DNA from: the human T2T-CHM13v2.0 reference genome, Homo sapiens
DNA: 64,000 nucleotides
Reading direction: 5' to 3' (one strand)
NCBI RefSeq assembly: GCF_009914755.1
Contig: NC_060926.1
Each line of letters opens with the position of its first letter. Positions within the stretch are counted from its first letter, which is position 1. A model generated the notes under the pieces. That model saw only the letters and a list, made by a program, of their open reading frames with translations. It was not told the origin of the DNA and ran no database searches. Below are positions 1 through 11,908 of the stretch, in pieces. A program made the position numbers and the translations under genes.

Positions 1-1339
1 GTAATTAATTACCAAATTACTACAGCTTTAGAGGGATTATGATGATTTCACCTTTGCTCATTATTCTGGGGCAGGACGTCCTGTCCATGTGAAGGAAGTG
101 CCCATTCTCTATTTTTGCCCAGTTTCTGACAGCTCCCTGACATTTGAAATGGGTAGAAGTTACAAAAATCTTACCCCCATCATGGGAAACTCTGTGGCCA
201 AATGTTGTAAAGAACCAAACTGAGCATCATCCTGGAAGCCAACTTCTTCATCCAATTGTCTATGAAGAAATCAACAGCTACTGTTTTTCTGAGACCCATC
301 ATGCTATTGCTGCTCCTCCCTGCCCACCACCAAGACACACTCTATGATGAGAAAGCCCAGGTGACAACTGTTAATAATGCAACAATGGGCCTTTGCCTCA
401 TCAAGGGTGGCTCCAGGAAAAATAATTACAAGCAGGGATGCTCTCCAAAACCCACAGATGGCTCCACCAGTTCTTTCCCCAGAGTTAAAGACAGACCTGA
501 CAAACACTATCAGCCTCAAGGATATCAAAAGTGGAGAGAACAGGAGAAAAGGGAGGAAGATGAAGACATCGCTAGCTGGACCAAAAGAGACTTGGAGGCA
601 GTGAGCGGCAGGAGGGGGGACTCTTGAGGGAAACAACATCACATCTGACATCATCCACACAGGGCAAGCCGAGAAACAGCTGAGCTAGCAAAACAAGCTC
701 CCAGAAGGCTCTAGAGACAGTCCGGCCGCACAAAATAATCCTGCAATAATCGTTCTGCAGCACAGGCAATTCCAGCAAAGCAGAGGCAGGATCCCAGTCA
801 AATAAAATATTACTTAAAACAAAGCAAAGCTGTATGGAGACATTTACTCTCATTCTTTGGCCTGGATGGGTCCTACCCTCATCCAAATGATCTCAGAATA
901 ATTAACAATAGTCGGCCAAGAGAGGGAGACCTGAGTTCTGAGCCTACCACTACGACTCATCTAAATGCCAGGCACTCATTCCAAGTCTTTAGACCAGTTA
1001 TTGTTATTTATAAAAACAAAGAGTTGGGTCAAATCTATGGTTTTCAATTTTTAAGCATGAAATCTTTTTTTATAATAACCACATAACATTTTACATGGAA
1101 GGTCATGATTAAACAGATCACAGGAGAGCCTTGAAGTGGAAATGGAAGTGGGAAGTACAGAGCTTGGCTTAGAGGGCCACCCATCATCACCATGCCACTG
1201 AGGCCCCTCCTTAGACCCCAGTCCTTGGGGGATTTGAAGCTACTGGACTAGAAGCTCAGAAATGTTTTCCAGCTGTCTGGCTCTGTGACACCATGTTCCT
1301 GAGAACCTGTGGATATTGGATGATAGACCACTGTGAACT

Positions 1340-1510
1340 ACGTGAGGTGGACTTTGAAGAATAAGCCAAGCTGGGACAACAAAGTGAGAGAGGAGGAAGC
1401 ATCCTAGGCAAGCAGCAAAAACATCAGGAAGCAGCAGAAGTGGCTCTCCAGCTTGAGTAGAGCATTTGGGTAGCTACTATAGGCTTGACAGTGTAGAGTG
1501 AGTGTGGAGT
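1340..1510 (-). mobile_element. Old L2 LINE fragment
   Basis: Purine-rich tract resembling antisense L2 (ggactttgaagaataag...gcatcctaggcaag); highly diverged, boundaries approximate. Confidence 0.45.
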
Positions 1511-2154
1511 CAGTGCTTCCCAGGAATGTTTGCAGTGAGATCCTACTTCCACTAAACCCTATCCCAGCCTATGAGAAATGCTTTCTTACGAAGTCACAGG
1601 GAACAGCTTGGCCAATAGCAAGATAGCTCCTCCCACCTCGGGTGTGCATGGAAGCCAAAGCTTGCCCACCTTCTCATCTGAGAGAGAAATGGGGCACCCA
1701 TGAAAGTCTGGTGCTTTCACATAATTGCTGCCTTTATAGCAAGGTTACACAAATGGCTGTCCCCATTTAAAATCATACCAGCTTCCTGAAATAGGAGCTG
1801 TAGCTCCTTTTCTTGGAAAGCTTCCAGTTTGTCTAGAGAAAACAGACATATATTTCTGGCAAGAGAAAAACACAGAATGAACTAAATAATAAAGTCCCAA
1901 ATATGTGATAGAGTTTGCAGGTGATGTGGATGTGTCCTTGGGAAATTGGCAGAACAATATGAATTGTGAGGAACAGGGGTACACCGACCTTCTGATTATC
2001 TTCATGGTAACATACAAGAAGAAATATGTTAGAAAACAGATTCTTGAAAAGAAGGCTGTAAATGCACAGGGGATGCCCCAGGAGCTCGTTGCTCTTGGTG
2101 GTACAACAGGATTACCCTTAATACTGATGAGTCATCTTGCATTTTGCAAGAACC

Positions 2155-2721
2155 TGGTGGTAGAATGTTTTCCAAGATAGCCACCAGCAATCCTGCCATC
2201 CCAGTATGCACCGTAGCACTCCTCCAATCCAGACACAGAGTTTATCTCTTCTCTCTTTGAATCTGTGCTGACCCTGCAACTTGGTTTAACCAGCAAAATG
2301 TGGTGAAGGTGACACACCCGGTTCTGGGTCTAGCCCTTAGAAGACCTGGAAGCTTCTGGCTCATCACTTAGAAGTCAACCACTTGGGCTAAACTATTGAT
2401 TCATGAGAACCCACATGGAAAGAGATAGTCCTCTCTCTACATGGAGAACTAAGCTACTTCAGGTGACAGTCAACACCAGGTTTTCAGACATGTGGGTGAG
2501 ATCATCTCAGATATTTCAGCCCCAGCAGAGCACCTAGGCGAGCTCCCCATTGAATGTAATTGTATGAGCAATCCTGGCCAACACCACATGGAATAGAAAC
2601 ATCACTCAACTGAGTCCAATCTACACATAGAATTGTGAGAAATGATAAAATATTGTTTTAAGTCATGAAGTGTTTGGGTGGCTTGTTACACAGTAATAGA
2701 TAACTGTAGGTAACTGATACA
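2155..2721 (+). mobile_element. MaLR solo LTR, MLT1G/H-like
   Basis: Typical MLT1 body (ccaagatagccacc...tttgaatctg...aatgtgg) and 3' end tattgttttaag...ttgttacacagtaatagataactg...aca. Confidence 0.8.
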
Positions 2722-2789
2722 CTTGGACTCAATGATAAAAGACTGTATTTAAGAAAGAGAGGATACGGTCCCTACTCTCCAAGGCCAAG

Positions 2790-2945
2790 GTACTGAACTG
2801 GAAATCCATGGGCTTTCGGGGACTCTGAGGGTAGACTTCAGGGAGTCCACAACTGTCTCTGAAACTGCATGCAAAATCGTTAAGTTCCTGTGCATAAGTT
2901 CATTTTTCTAGGGAATGAAATCACAAAATTAATCAGATCCTCTCA
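2790..2945. mobile_element. hAT-Charlie-type DNA transposon remnant (Charlie4z-like)
   Basis: Motifs cttcagggagtcc...tgaaactgcatgcaaaat...catttttctaggg...atcagatcctctc resemble recalled consensus. Confidence 0.5.
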
Positions 2946-3240
2946 CCTCAGGAGTTCCGAAGCTAGTTGGGGCCTGCAAGGAGCAAAGAAGACAACATCT
3001 CCTCACGGTGACTCCAAATACTGTTTCATCTGATTTAACACATTCACACTTTTTTCAAGTGTAGAAGTTTTTCAAAGGAACCAAACCTTCCTTCCTAAAA
3101 CAGATAAAAGTGAAGCTGCTCCAAGTGAAGTAAAGGCTTAGATCCCACCCAGTGCTATTTTACCATCATCTCCCATGGAGGCCCCCAAGACACTTCTGAG
3201 GTTAAAAGCCACTTGTAGTGGGAGTGATTTTTCTCAATCA

Positions 3241-3450
3241 CTTTACCTTTTCCAGAATGCCATGTAAATGGAACCAGACGTTGCATAGCCTTTTGAGTGT
3301 GGCTTCTTTCACTTAGCACTATGCTGCTAAGATTCATCCATGTTGTTCCATCTATCAGTGGCTCCTTCCTTCCTATTACTGCATCATAATCCATCATTTG
3401 GACAAGAATTTCCTTATCCATTTACCTGTCAATGAACATTTGAGTTGTTT
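3241..3450 (-). mobile_element. L1M 3' region fragment
   Basis: ggcttctttcacttagca...gattcatccatgttg...aacatttgagttgttt; the antisense ORF 3155..3421 (TTWMNLSSIVLSERSHTQK) is typical L1 3' sequence. Confidence 0.85.
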
Positions 3451-4775
3451 GCTCATAAGTTTTAAGTACTGAAAGGAGTTTCCGGGGACATTTGAGAACT
3501 TCCTTTCCTGAGCTTCAAAATTTGCTTGAGTTTTCTGTGAGGGTGACAAAGGCAGAGGAAGAACCCAGTAACCTGGATTTTGCCTAGGTCAGGCTAACTG
3601 CATCACTGAAATTGACAGCCTAGCTTCCTGCTGCTGATTCCCACCAGCATGTCATTTGATGGGTGTGGGAGTTCTACACAGCAAAGCAGGGGAACACGAG
3701 CCAGTCTGACCCCTCCCTCCCTGTGCCCACCCACTTTGGGGTAGGTTGGCATCGTTGCACACACGAGGACACAGATGAATTCCCAGACAGTTGTGTAACA
3801 GCATCAGTGTAACAGATAGGCGGGTGTCACAAACCCTGGGCGCCCTGAACCAAACCATACCGGCTTTATCGCATTTCAAAGCGTGTCAGGCCTCCCCTTC
3901 CCATCTGCTGTTCCATACAGGGCCCTGAAATCGATACATGCTCTGGGGATCCCAGGAGAGACCACATCCAAAACTGCCTCTGCAGGCTGTGGCTTAGTCC
4001 TGCTGCCTGAAACAGGCCTCCCAGCAGCCTGGACACTTGAGAAACAATTGCAGTTGGAGGGCATTCTTTCCCCCCGATGCCAATAGTTTTACAGGCATCT
4101 TTTCCTGCTTGGAAGCCCCCAGGAAGTGGACACAACATAGCCTGTGAATTCTGCCTGTGGGATTGTAAAATATGTGCAGTCACTTGTAATGGGACAAGGA
4201 AATATATCAGCCCCCAAACATCATTCTATGGGTTGGCACCAGAAAGGAGAATCTCCCAGTGGAGATGAGGCTGCACTTGGAAGTTCACCATTCTCTGGAT
4301 TCCCTCCTTGCCTGTCCCTGCTGCCACCATTACAATGACCTTCTGCCATGCCAGTCTGGCCCCAGCTGAGCAAACAACATTCCTGATGCCTGGCCCACTA
4401 AGATCCCACCGAACAGCATGGAGCTGAAAGGTGTGTACTGCAATGCACGACTTCCTGCTTAGCTCTCCCAAAAGCCATCTTAGCCACAGCACCGAGGAAG
4501 ATGTATAGACATCTCTTGACACTTGAAGTCTGTATCAAGAGTCAGAAGCTGAGCTTGTTCCCTCAACCTGCTAGGACCTGCAGGCTTCAGGGTTCAAGTT
4601 CTGGTCTCAAAATGCTCCTGTTACTTAAATGAGTTCCACAGGTGAGGCTGCATTAGCTGTGAGAAACCCAACCTCTGACTCGCAGGGGCATGGCTTGACT
4701 GTAGAATTCCTTGAAGAAAACCAGCCTGTCAATTGTGCAACATGCTCAGTTATGGCATGGGTGGGGTTGGGAGGC

Positions 4776-4996
4776 CAGCATGGCAGAGAGGTTAAGGACG
4801 GGGTCTCTGGAATCAGACTGCCTGTCCTACCACCTCTCCATTATGAGGCCATGGGCAAGTCACTCAACTTCCTTGAGCCTTAGTTTCCACATCTGTAAAA
4901 TGAGGCAATAGTAATGCCTATCTCCACGGACTGCAATGGAGTAATAAATGTATCAATAAATTACATATCTTGGTGCTTGGCATATAAGTAATTAAC
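4776..4996 (+). mobile_element. MIR SINE
   Basis: MIR core gggcaagtcactcaacttccttgagccttagtttccacatctgtaaaatgagg. Confidence 0.9.
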
Positions 4997-5579
4997 CTCT
5001 AAAACATATTGTTCTTGATAGGTTCTTATGGTGCCCTCCTAGGGATAAGTTTCTGGTTGAAAATAATGCTTCCACGGATCAGGTTGCCTTAGCCATCCAG
5101 CACCCTCTTGCTTTCAGGCTGAATCTTGAGGCTCTGAGTCTAGACTCTGAATAGACGCTGTCAGAACAATGGGGGATCGCTGGCCCAAGGCACCAAGTGG
5201 AGCCACATGCAGCACAGGGGGAGAGGTGGCTAGCCAAGCTGGCCAGGCCATCACATTGGATTCTCAGTCCCAGGGCCTGAGCAAAGAGGGCATCTAAGTA
5301 CAAAGCCAAGAAACTAAAACAGCCACCTCAGGGGAAAGTTGCAGCAGCAGGAAGAAAGAACTCATCACCAACCCCATCTCCACTGGTTAGGTGTACAGCC
5401 ACCAACATCCCCCAGCCCTTCCCACATGCTCTTGCCTCTGCTGCAGTGCTCCCCGCGTGCTTACCTTGGCTTGCACCAATGCAGGTGTCTGTCTACACAG
5501 CATTGCTCCCGAGGAGCCCGCCTTGGTTTCCTCCATTATTCTTCTGTTGCCCCCAAAAATTCCACTGGTAGTGTTTTTC

Positions 5580-5735
5580 ACACTTGAATTATTTACTTAC
5601 TTGAACATCATTTTGTCTGCTGCCTTTTACTCTTAGATCTTAAGCTCCAGATATTCTTGGTTTATCACTGCACCCTCAGTATCTGGCAGAGCAGTCACTT
5701 CATTTGTTAAATAACTGAGAGAATAAATGAATGAA
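5580..5735 (+). mobile_element. L2 3' end
   Basis: taagctcc...ttatcactgcaccctcagtatctggca...aatgaatgaa tail. Confidence 0.65.
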
Positions 5736-5755
5736 TTCCAGAGTGCTATATTAGC

Positions 5756-5836
5756 ATTAGCTTGCATCATATAAAATTGCTGTTATTCAACTATTTTTGA
5801 CCTCCAAAAACAGCAATTTTATGTTCTGACCTAATA
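5756..5836. mobile_element. MADE2-like mariner MITE (about 80 bp)
   Basis: Palindromic ttag...ctaata ends, perfect internal inverted repeat ataaaattgctgtt (5771-5784) / aacagcaattttat (5809-5822), central ttttgacct spacer. Confidence 0.75.
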
Positions 5837-8271
5837 TTTACCATTTGGGGGATTTACCTTCATTTCTCTAGAATAGATGTATAAATGCATAGGAAGCCGT
5901 TACAGGCTCACCCCACTGGCTGGGATGCCATACCCCACCTCCAGAAATGTCACTTGTAAAGTACATATAGCTATCCCTGACTCACATGTGATGAAACTGA
6001 GCAGAGTAGTTAAATGGCCTACCTCAAGTTAGTTTTGCTCATGGTTTACATTATATACATATCTGTTTACACATACTTGCCCTTTTAAAGCCCACATTCA
6101 GGAGCAAATGAAAAAAAATCTTGGCAAATTGGCCTAAGGTTGGAGAGAAATGTAAGGGAGAGGACAAAACAACCGAGGGGAACATATATTGTTGAATTTA
6201 AAACAACACAGTTAATAAAATGCTTTCACTGTTTTTGAACTTAATGGCAAGTGGGGTTTTATTGATTTAATTCTTTATACTCACCATTAACTCAATAAAA
6301 TTGCTTTTTAAATGGACTCAAGTGCTTTTAGCTCACAATTTTTGAATTCAATAAAAGTCATTTTAAAATTCGCTTTATTGCTTTGCACATTCTGAATTAA
6401 GCACTTCTCCGAACTTGAACAACAGCTTTTGCAAATGGACAGGTTTGTAGAAATACGATTTCTCATATGCTCGTTGCCATCTGCTATAATTAAAATCTGA
6501 GCGTAAGTCAATGGGCACAATCACCAGTGATTAGTCAGAAAGTTGTGGCTGATAGCAAAGCCTGGTAAGAATAGAAGCTATGTGATTATTAAATTTCGAC
6601 AGGTGTTCTTCTAACCTTCATTGTGATAGTAATTGCTGTAAGACGTGTAATCTTAGTCAGTGGTGTTGAAATTGTTAATTGACATCTGGAACCTCAGCAG
6701 ATGTAAAGATTAGCTAGTTACTGTTAACATTAGCATTATCTTGGACTTTGTTCAGAGCACTGGGTTCCCTCACTCCCCACCCACAAATTCCCAAGCTAGC
6801 AGTAATAGTCTATAATCAGTTCTGACAAAAGCTGCCTATGTTTGCTTTAGGAATCTTCTTTAGGCACTCTGATACAGCAATTTGCCCTGAAAAGCATAGA
6901 TTTGAGGTTACAATACAAGTTCTACAAGTGGCATTGTTACCACATAAAAACTTTATTAGCAACTTTGCAATCTTAAACTTTTTATAATACTAAAAATTCC
7001 TCAATATTGACATTCCTGTAAACAATGGTAAAGAAAAAAAAATAATCATCACTCCTGTAGCCTGCTAAGTGCAAACATATTTTCCATGTGTTCTTCATCT
7101 TGCCATTCCCATTAATGCCTATAAGAGGCAATGGCTTTACTTCCATTATAGAAAAAAAAATTTGAAAAGGAGAACATTTCCTATTTTCTTGGGTTCTGGT
7201 GTAAATGCCAGCATACATTCATTTTGCGAAATCATTAATTATTAATGCATCTACCTGCTTTCCACACAGTGAGAAGTGAGTGTTGGAGTGACATTTTTCA
7301 CTCCATTTTATACCAGGCACTCATTTTGCATGAGGCAAAATGGTTTTGTAATGATGATTGTGAGGTAGAGGATTAAGCTAATGACATTTGTTTAAACTCC
7401 AGCCACAGACACTCAACCCCCTCTAAACACAGCTTCAGTTGGTCCCAGGCTTCCAGCTCCCTTCATGCTGGGAAACTTCTGTTTCCCCAGGCAGAGGACC
7501 TAGAGGGAAATGCTGATGAGAACAGTAAGGCACACAGCTCCTTTTCTGCCCTTTCTCTAAAAGAAAAGAAAAAAGCAAATGAAAATGTGTAAGAGTCTAT
7601 TGGTGAAAGCAACAGACCAAAAGTTACAAAAAGCAGAAGAGGAGGAGCAAAAATAGACATCAGGTCCATCTGTTCTCACGGCCAGGCAGGGGGAAGGGGA
7701 GATAATCGTAAAGGCATGCGTGAAAGTCAGTGTGTCAGGTCCATCGCAGAGCTGGCTCTGATGGGGTAGAGGAAGCGTTTGTAGGAGAAGAAAGGCAAAG
7801 CCATGAAATAGCACACAGACACCCCCCAAAATGGGACTGAGAGTGTCTGGCCGGTAATGTGGGAAGCAACTGACAGCTCAGACCGCAAACATCAGCAGCA
7901 ACATCAAAACTTCTTTTAAAAGGCATCCAGTTGCTCAATCTGTGAAAATGGAAAGCAGCTAACTTTTTCCCAGACCACATTCTTATTACGGCTATCTACA
8001 CCCAGACCCCAGCTCTGCACATACCAGCAGCTTTGCCCTGACAAGGAATGGACATCCAGAAATGGTCCACAGATAAAAAACTGTTTCTTACGCACTTGAA
8101 GATTAGAGTTTATGGGTTGAACTTGTGACTACAGACTGTTAAGTGTCCTTAACATCAGATCCTTAGAGCAGGCTTCATAATGCAAGAGAAAGAGCAAGCA
8201 CAATCTCTCCGCCTTGCATGCTGGCCATCCCTGTGTAGGCAACTCACTTTCCAACACGTTCCCAAAAGCTC

Positions 8272-8500
8272 AATTGTTAAGAGCCTCAGCTAGAGACAGA
8301 ATCCTGGCTCCATTACTTTCCACCGATAGGATACTGAGCAAGTTACTTAAACTTTTCTGTGCCTCCATTTCTTCATCTGTAAAGTGTGAATAGTAGCAGA
8401 AGCCTAGTTCATGGGTTGCTATAAGAGTTGAATGAGATCTTCATTTAAGATGCTTACAGTATCCTCTGGCACATAGCAAGCATTCAGTAAACGTGAGCTG
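8272..8500 (+). mobile_element. MIR SINE
   Basis: gcaagttacttaaac...tctgtgcctccatttcttcatctgtaaa...tggcacatagcaagcattcagtaaa. Confidence 0.9.
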
Positions 8501-10329
8501 ACATCACTACACTTACAGCTGTTCCCATTGGCCAGGGCTGCTGAGAACCCAGCCTACTTCATACCTCCACTCTGATGAAAGGCCAAGAAAAAACTTTTCT
8601 AACTGCTTTTCATTCTAATGCTAGTTTTTGCCTTTTCACCCTCCTCCTTTACCTCTATCATTTTCCTGACTCATTTTCCCTTTGCTACGGTTGCCTGGCT
8701 TACTGTTAATAGCCATTCTCACCACCTCCACCACCATCACCTCCACAATCATTTACTGACCTACACATTTTGTATCCTTATGTTGTATGTTCATCTTGAA
8801 ACAAGGTAGGGTATAAACATAGACTATAGAAAAGCATAAAGACGATACAAGCCATCTAAACTGGGCTATAAATCTCCGTGATTTTATCAAGAGTAAATTA
8901 GAAAATAATGCTATGTATTACTGGAAGTAAACACGCATGAAACTTCCTTTTTTCCATTTTTTGTTAATGATGTGTGCATACTCCCATGCAGGTTCTTTAA
9001 ATTCTAGGAGCCTGCATTCCCCCTTCTGTAAATTGGGGATAACAATTCAGCAACAACATGCTTTTTGAAATTGTTTTTAAGGTAATGGACATGAAGGTAT
9101 ATTGGTAAAAATCTAGCCTATGGTACAAATGTCAGACTATACTCATTTAGGCAAACATCCTAAAGGGTCTCATTCTGAACCACATCTGCTGGAACGGGCC
9201 TTGCCCCATCCCATTTTTTCGCTAAGGTGAATTCTTAAGTGACCAATGGACAAAGTGGTTTCCATGGAAAGTGTGGAGCGGCAGGGACCCTCAGGGGATC
9301 AGCTGGCACACACACCTACTCCCTGCCACTGTTAAGACTGAGGCCTTAAGTGCCCTACTGCACTCCTACGTTGGCAACAGACCATGGGAAGAAACGTGTG
9401 TGACTGCTCAAATCCCTCCCTTCACAGGGGGCCAGGCTCCGCCCCAGCTGGGCACTACCTCCTTGGTTTGGGGGTGTAGAGCTGGAGCAGGGAGATCCCA
9501 GCTAAAATAACAGGAGATGCTGGGGCGGGAGGAATGGGTAGGCCACATTCCAGGATCCAGGGCCAAGAGATGAACAGCGTCAAAGGCAAGAAGCAAAGTC
9601 AACCTCAGAGACAAAAATTGGCAACTTGGAAGGGGAGAAATTGAGATCTGGTGAAATTTTTTGCCAAGTGGATGGGAGAAAGGGGTTGGGATGAGATGGG
9701 GCTGAAGGGAAAGCCTATAGCAGTTGCCCCAAACAGTAGTGAGGGTGTTAGCCCTGCCTTCCTGGATTAACAAGGGTCTGATAGATAGCTCCACCTAGTT
9801 ATTGCAGGTTTCTTATTTACGTATTTAGACACATCTTCCTCCAGGGAGTCCTCAAGGAGGTTCAGTCTTGTATGGCAAACACCACCACAGAACATTCTAG
9901 AATTGATTTTTATCCTTTCACCTCAAAATCAGTCATATTCTACCTCTCTAATTCTAATAAATTCAGGGGAGGATCCATCTACACTAAAGGCTTGTCTAAG
10001 TCAAAGAAAACCTTTGAAGAAACACCATTTGGTAGTGAGTTCTTCAACACTGCTTGAAGTCACAGGCTAGAGGAATATTGGATGGGATGTGAAAGCAGCA
10101 ATTTAGGCATTAGTTTGGAGTTGGGAAAGGGAAGGAAGGGGTTGTAATTATTGACTTTTACAATCTTTTCCTTGAGATTCTGAGATCCTGGATTCTTAGT
10201 GCAGATAAAAGCACTCAAATATTTATGCCTACAAATGTCTAGAAGAATAATGAGGCTTGTTTTGGATGGCCCACTGCTAAAAGTAAGGAAACAATTTTGG
10301 CTCTACCAGGGAAGTACTTTCTGTTGGAG

Positions 10330-10465
10330 CTATCCAAATAGTCAACTGCCTTGAGAGTAGTGTGCTTCCCTCCCTGGAGTATCCAAGACATGGTGGACAT
10401 TTGTAGGAAATGTAGAGGCTTAAGGGGGAGTGGTCATACCTAAAGACCTTAGGTCCCATGATTCT
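10330..10465 (+). mobile_element. L3/CR1 LINE 3' fragment
   Basis: ctgccttgagagtagtgtgcttccctccctggagtatccaag...aggtcccatgattct resembles the CR1/L3 3' end. Confidence 0.55.
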
Positions 10466-11794
10466 GGAAAATGACATATAAATCATCATCGCACTGATTG
10501 AAGAACTTGAAAGTAACAGGCTCAGAACCCTTGTCAACTTGATTGTATAATTAATTTGTTTAGTAAATTCTCCTTTGCGTAAATAGAGCTCAGCCTTGGT
10601 CAAAACTACTTTCACATTAATGGCATTTTTAACTCATGAGGATTTTATTGCATCACCAAATAATCTTATTGCAATTCAATATGCAGCCAGCCCTCATCCC
10701 ATAAAAAAATAAAAATAAAAAACAGAAGGGGAGCAAGCCCCTACTTTCTGCTACTAGGATGTAGATGTAAACAACAGACTGATTTAGCACCACTCAAAAC
10801 CTAGTAACAATCAGGGAAATTTGTCTATTTAAAAAGGGGCTGAAATGAACTTAGTCATTACAGAAATGTTGATTGCATTGTCTGTGGTGTGGACATCACC
10901 CCCATCCTAACAAGGACCACACCACATTCACCTTCATCCTGGGAAGCAGATGAGATTAGCTGGCTAATTATTTTTTGGCATCTTCTGCCACTAATGCTGA
11001 CTACAATAGGATCAATATTTACTCCATAGCAAACGCGTTATATTAGGAAACTAAGAAAAAATAACCAGAGCAAACATGCAACTCAATTCAAAGAGCTGTG
11101 GAATCCCCTACTTTGGGTTATTATCTTTCTCCGCAAGCAAAGGCAGAAATATTCTGCTCCTACCTGTGTCTTGGGCGCTCGGAGGCCCCGAGAACACAAT
11201 CACACTGCAGCAGAGGCAGAGCTGCAGGCAGGTGTAAAGCCCACACAATTGTTGCGGATTAGTGACTCCTCAGCACCCGGGGACAATAGGGACAGAAAGC
11301 AGCCCTGCCGTAGAGTCTGAACTCCGGCCGTGTGCAGGGCTTCTCCAGATCTCCCCAGCACAGCCCTGGCTCTTGATATTATTTATCCCCCTGAGCTCCG
11401 CGTGCCAAGATAAAGGCAGCCAGAGACGGCACGTGCATTTCACAGTAGGCCAGGCTGGTGGTGAGGAGTTCCTGAGAAACAAACTGGGGAGCACAAGAAA
11501 ATCCGGATGAGAAATGGCCCCTGTAGGTACCCATCCAGCCTGCCTCCTTTCTTACCTTTGCACAGAGAGCTTGCTGGGCTAGGAGCTCCTCTTCATCCCC
11601 ACATTCTTTCTTTTTTCTTGCACCCAATGAGGACTACACACTCCTCCAGCTGGCTCTCTCCTACCCTCCTTGGAGATTCAATGAGCCTTCCCTGACCCCA
11701 GCCCCTGCCCCTCCTGCTGTGCCCCCATCTCACCTGGCCTTCTTCCAGTTACAGTTTAGACCCTGTGGGGCAGCATCGGACACTCGCCCGTGTC

Positions 11795-11908
11795 ATTACC
11801 AGCTAGACAGGAGCTCCTCAAGGAGAATGATGGTGTCTTGTCATTTCTGCACCCCCAATGTCTGGCACATAGTAGGTGTTCATCAAATATGTGTTGAAAG
11901 GATGAATA
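11795..11908 (+). mobile_element. L2 3' end
   Basis: ctagacaggagctcctcaagg...tctggcacatagtaggtgttcatcaaatatgtgttgaaaggatgaat. Confidence 0.8.

Noticed and set aside
1-12. Perfect palindrome gtaattaattac (homeodomain-like site)
   Set aside because: Short, AT-rich and at the window edge, so context cannot be judged
144-886. Stack of overlapping ORFs on both strands (up to 123 aa)
   Set aside because: No recognisable domain, several non-ATG starts and no convincing exon boundaries; consistent with chance
8618-8809. ORF with a His-rich run
   Set aside because: Product of a degenerate (CAC/CCA)n low-complexity tract
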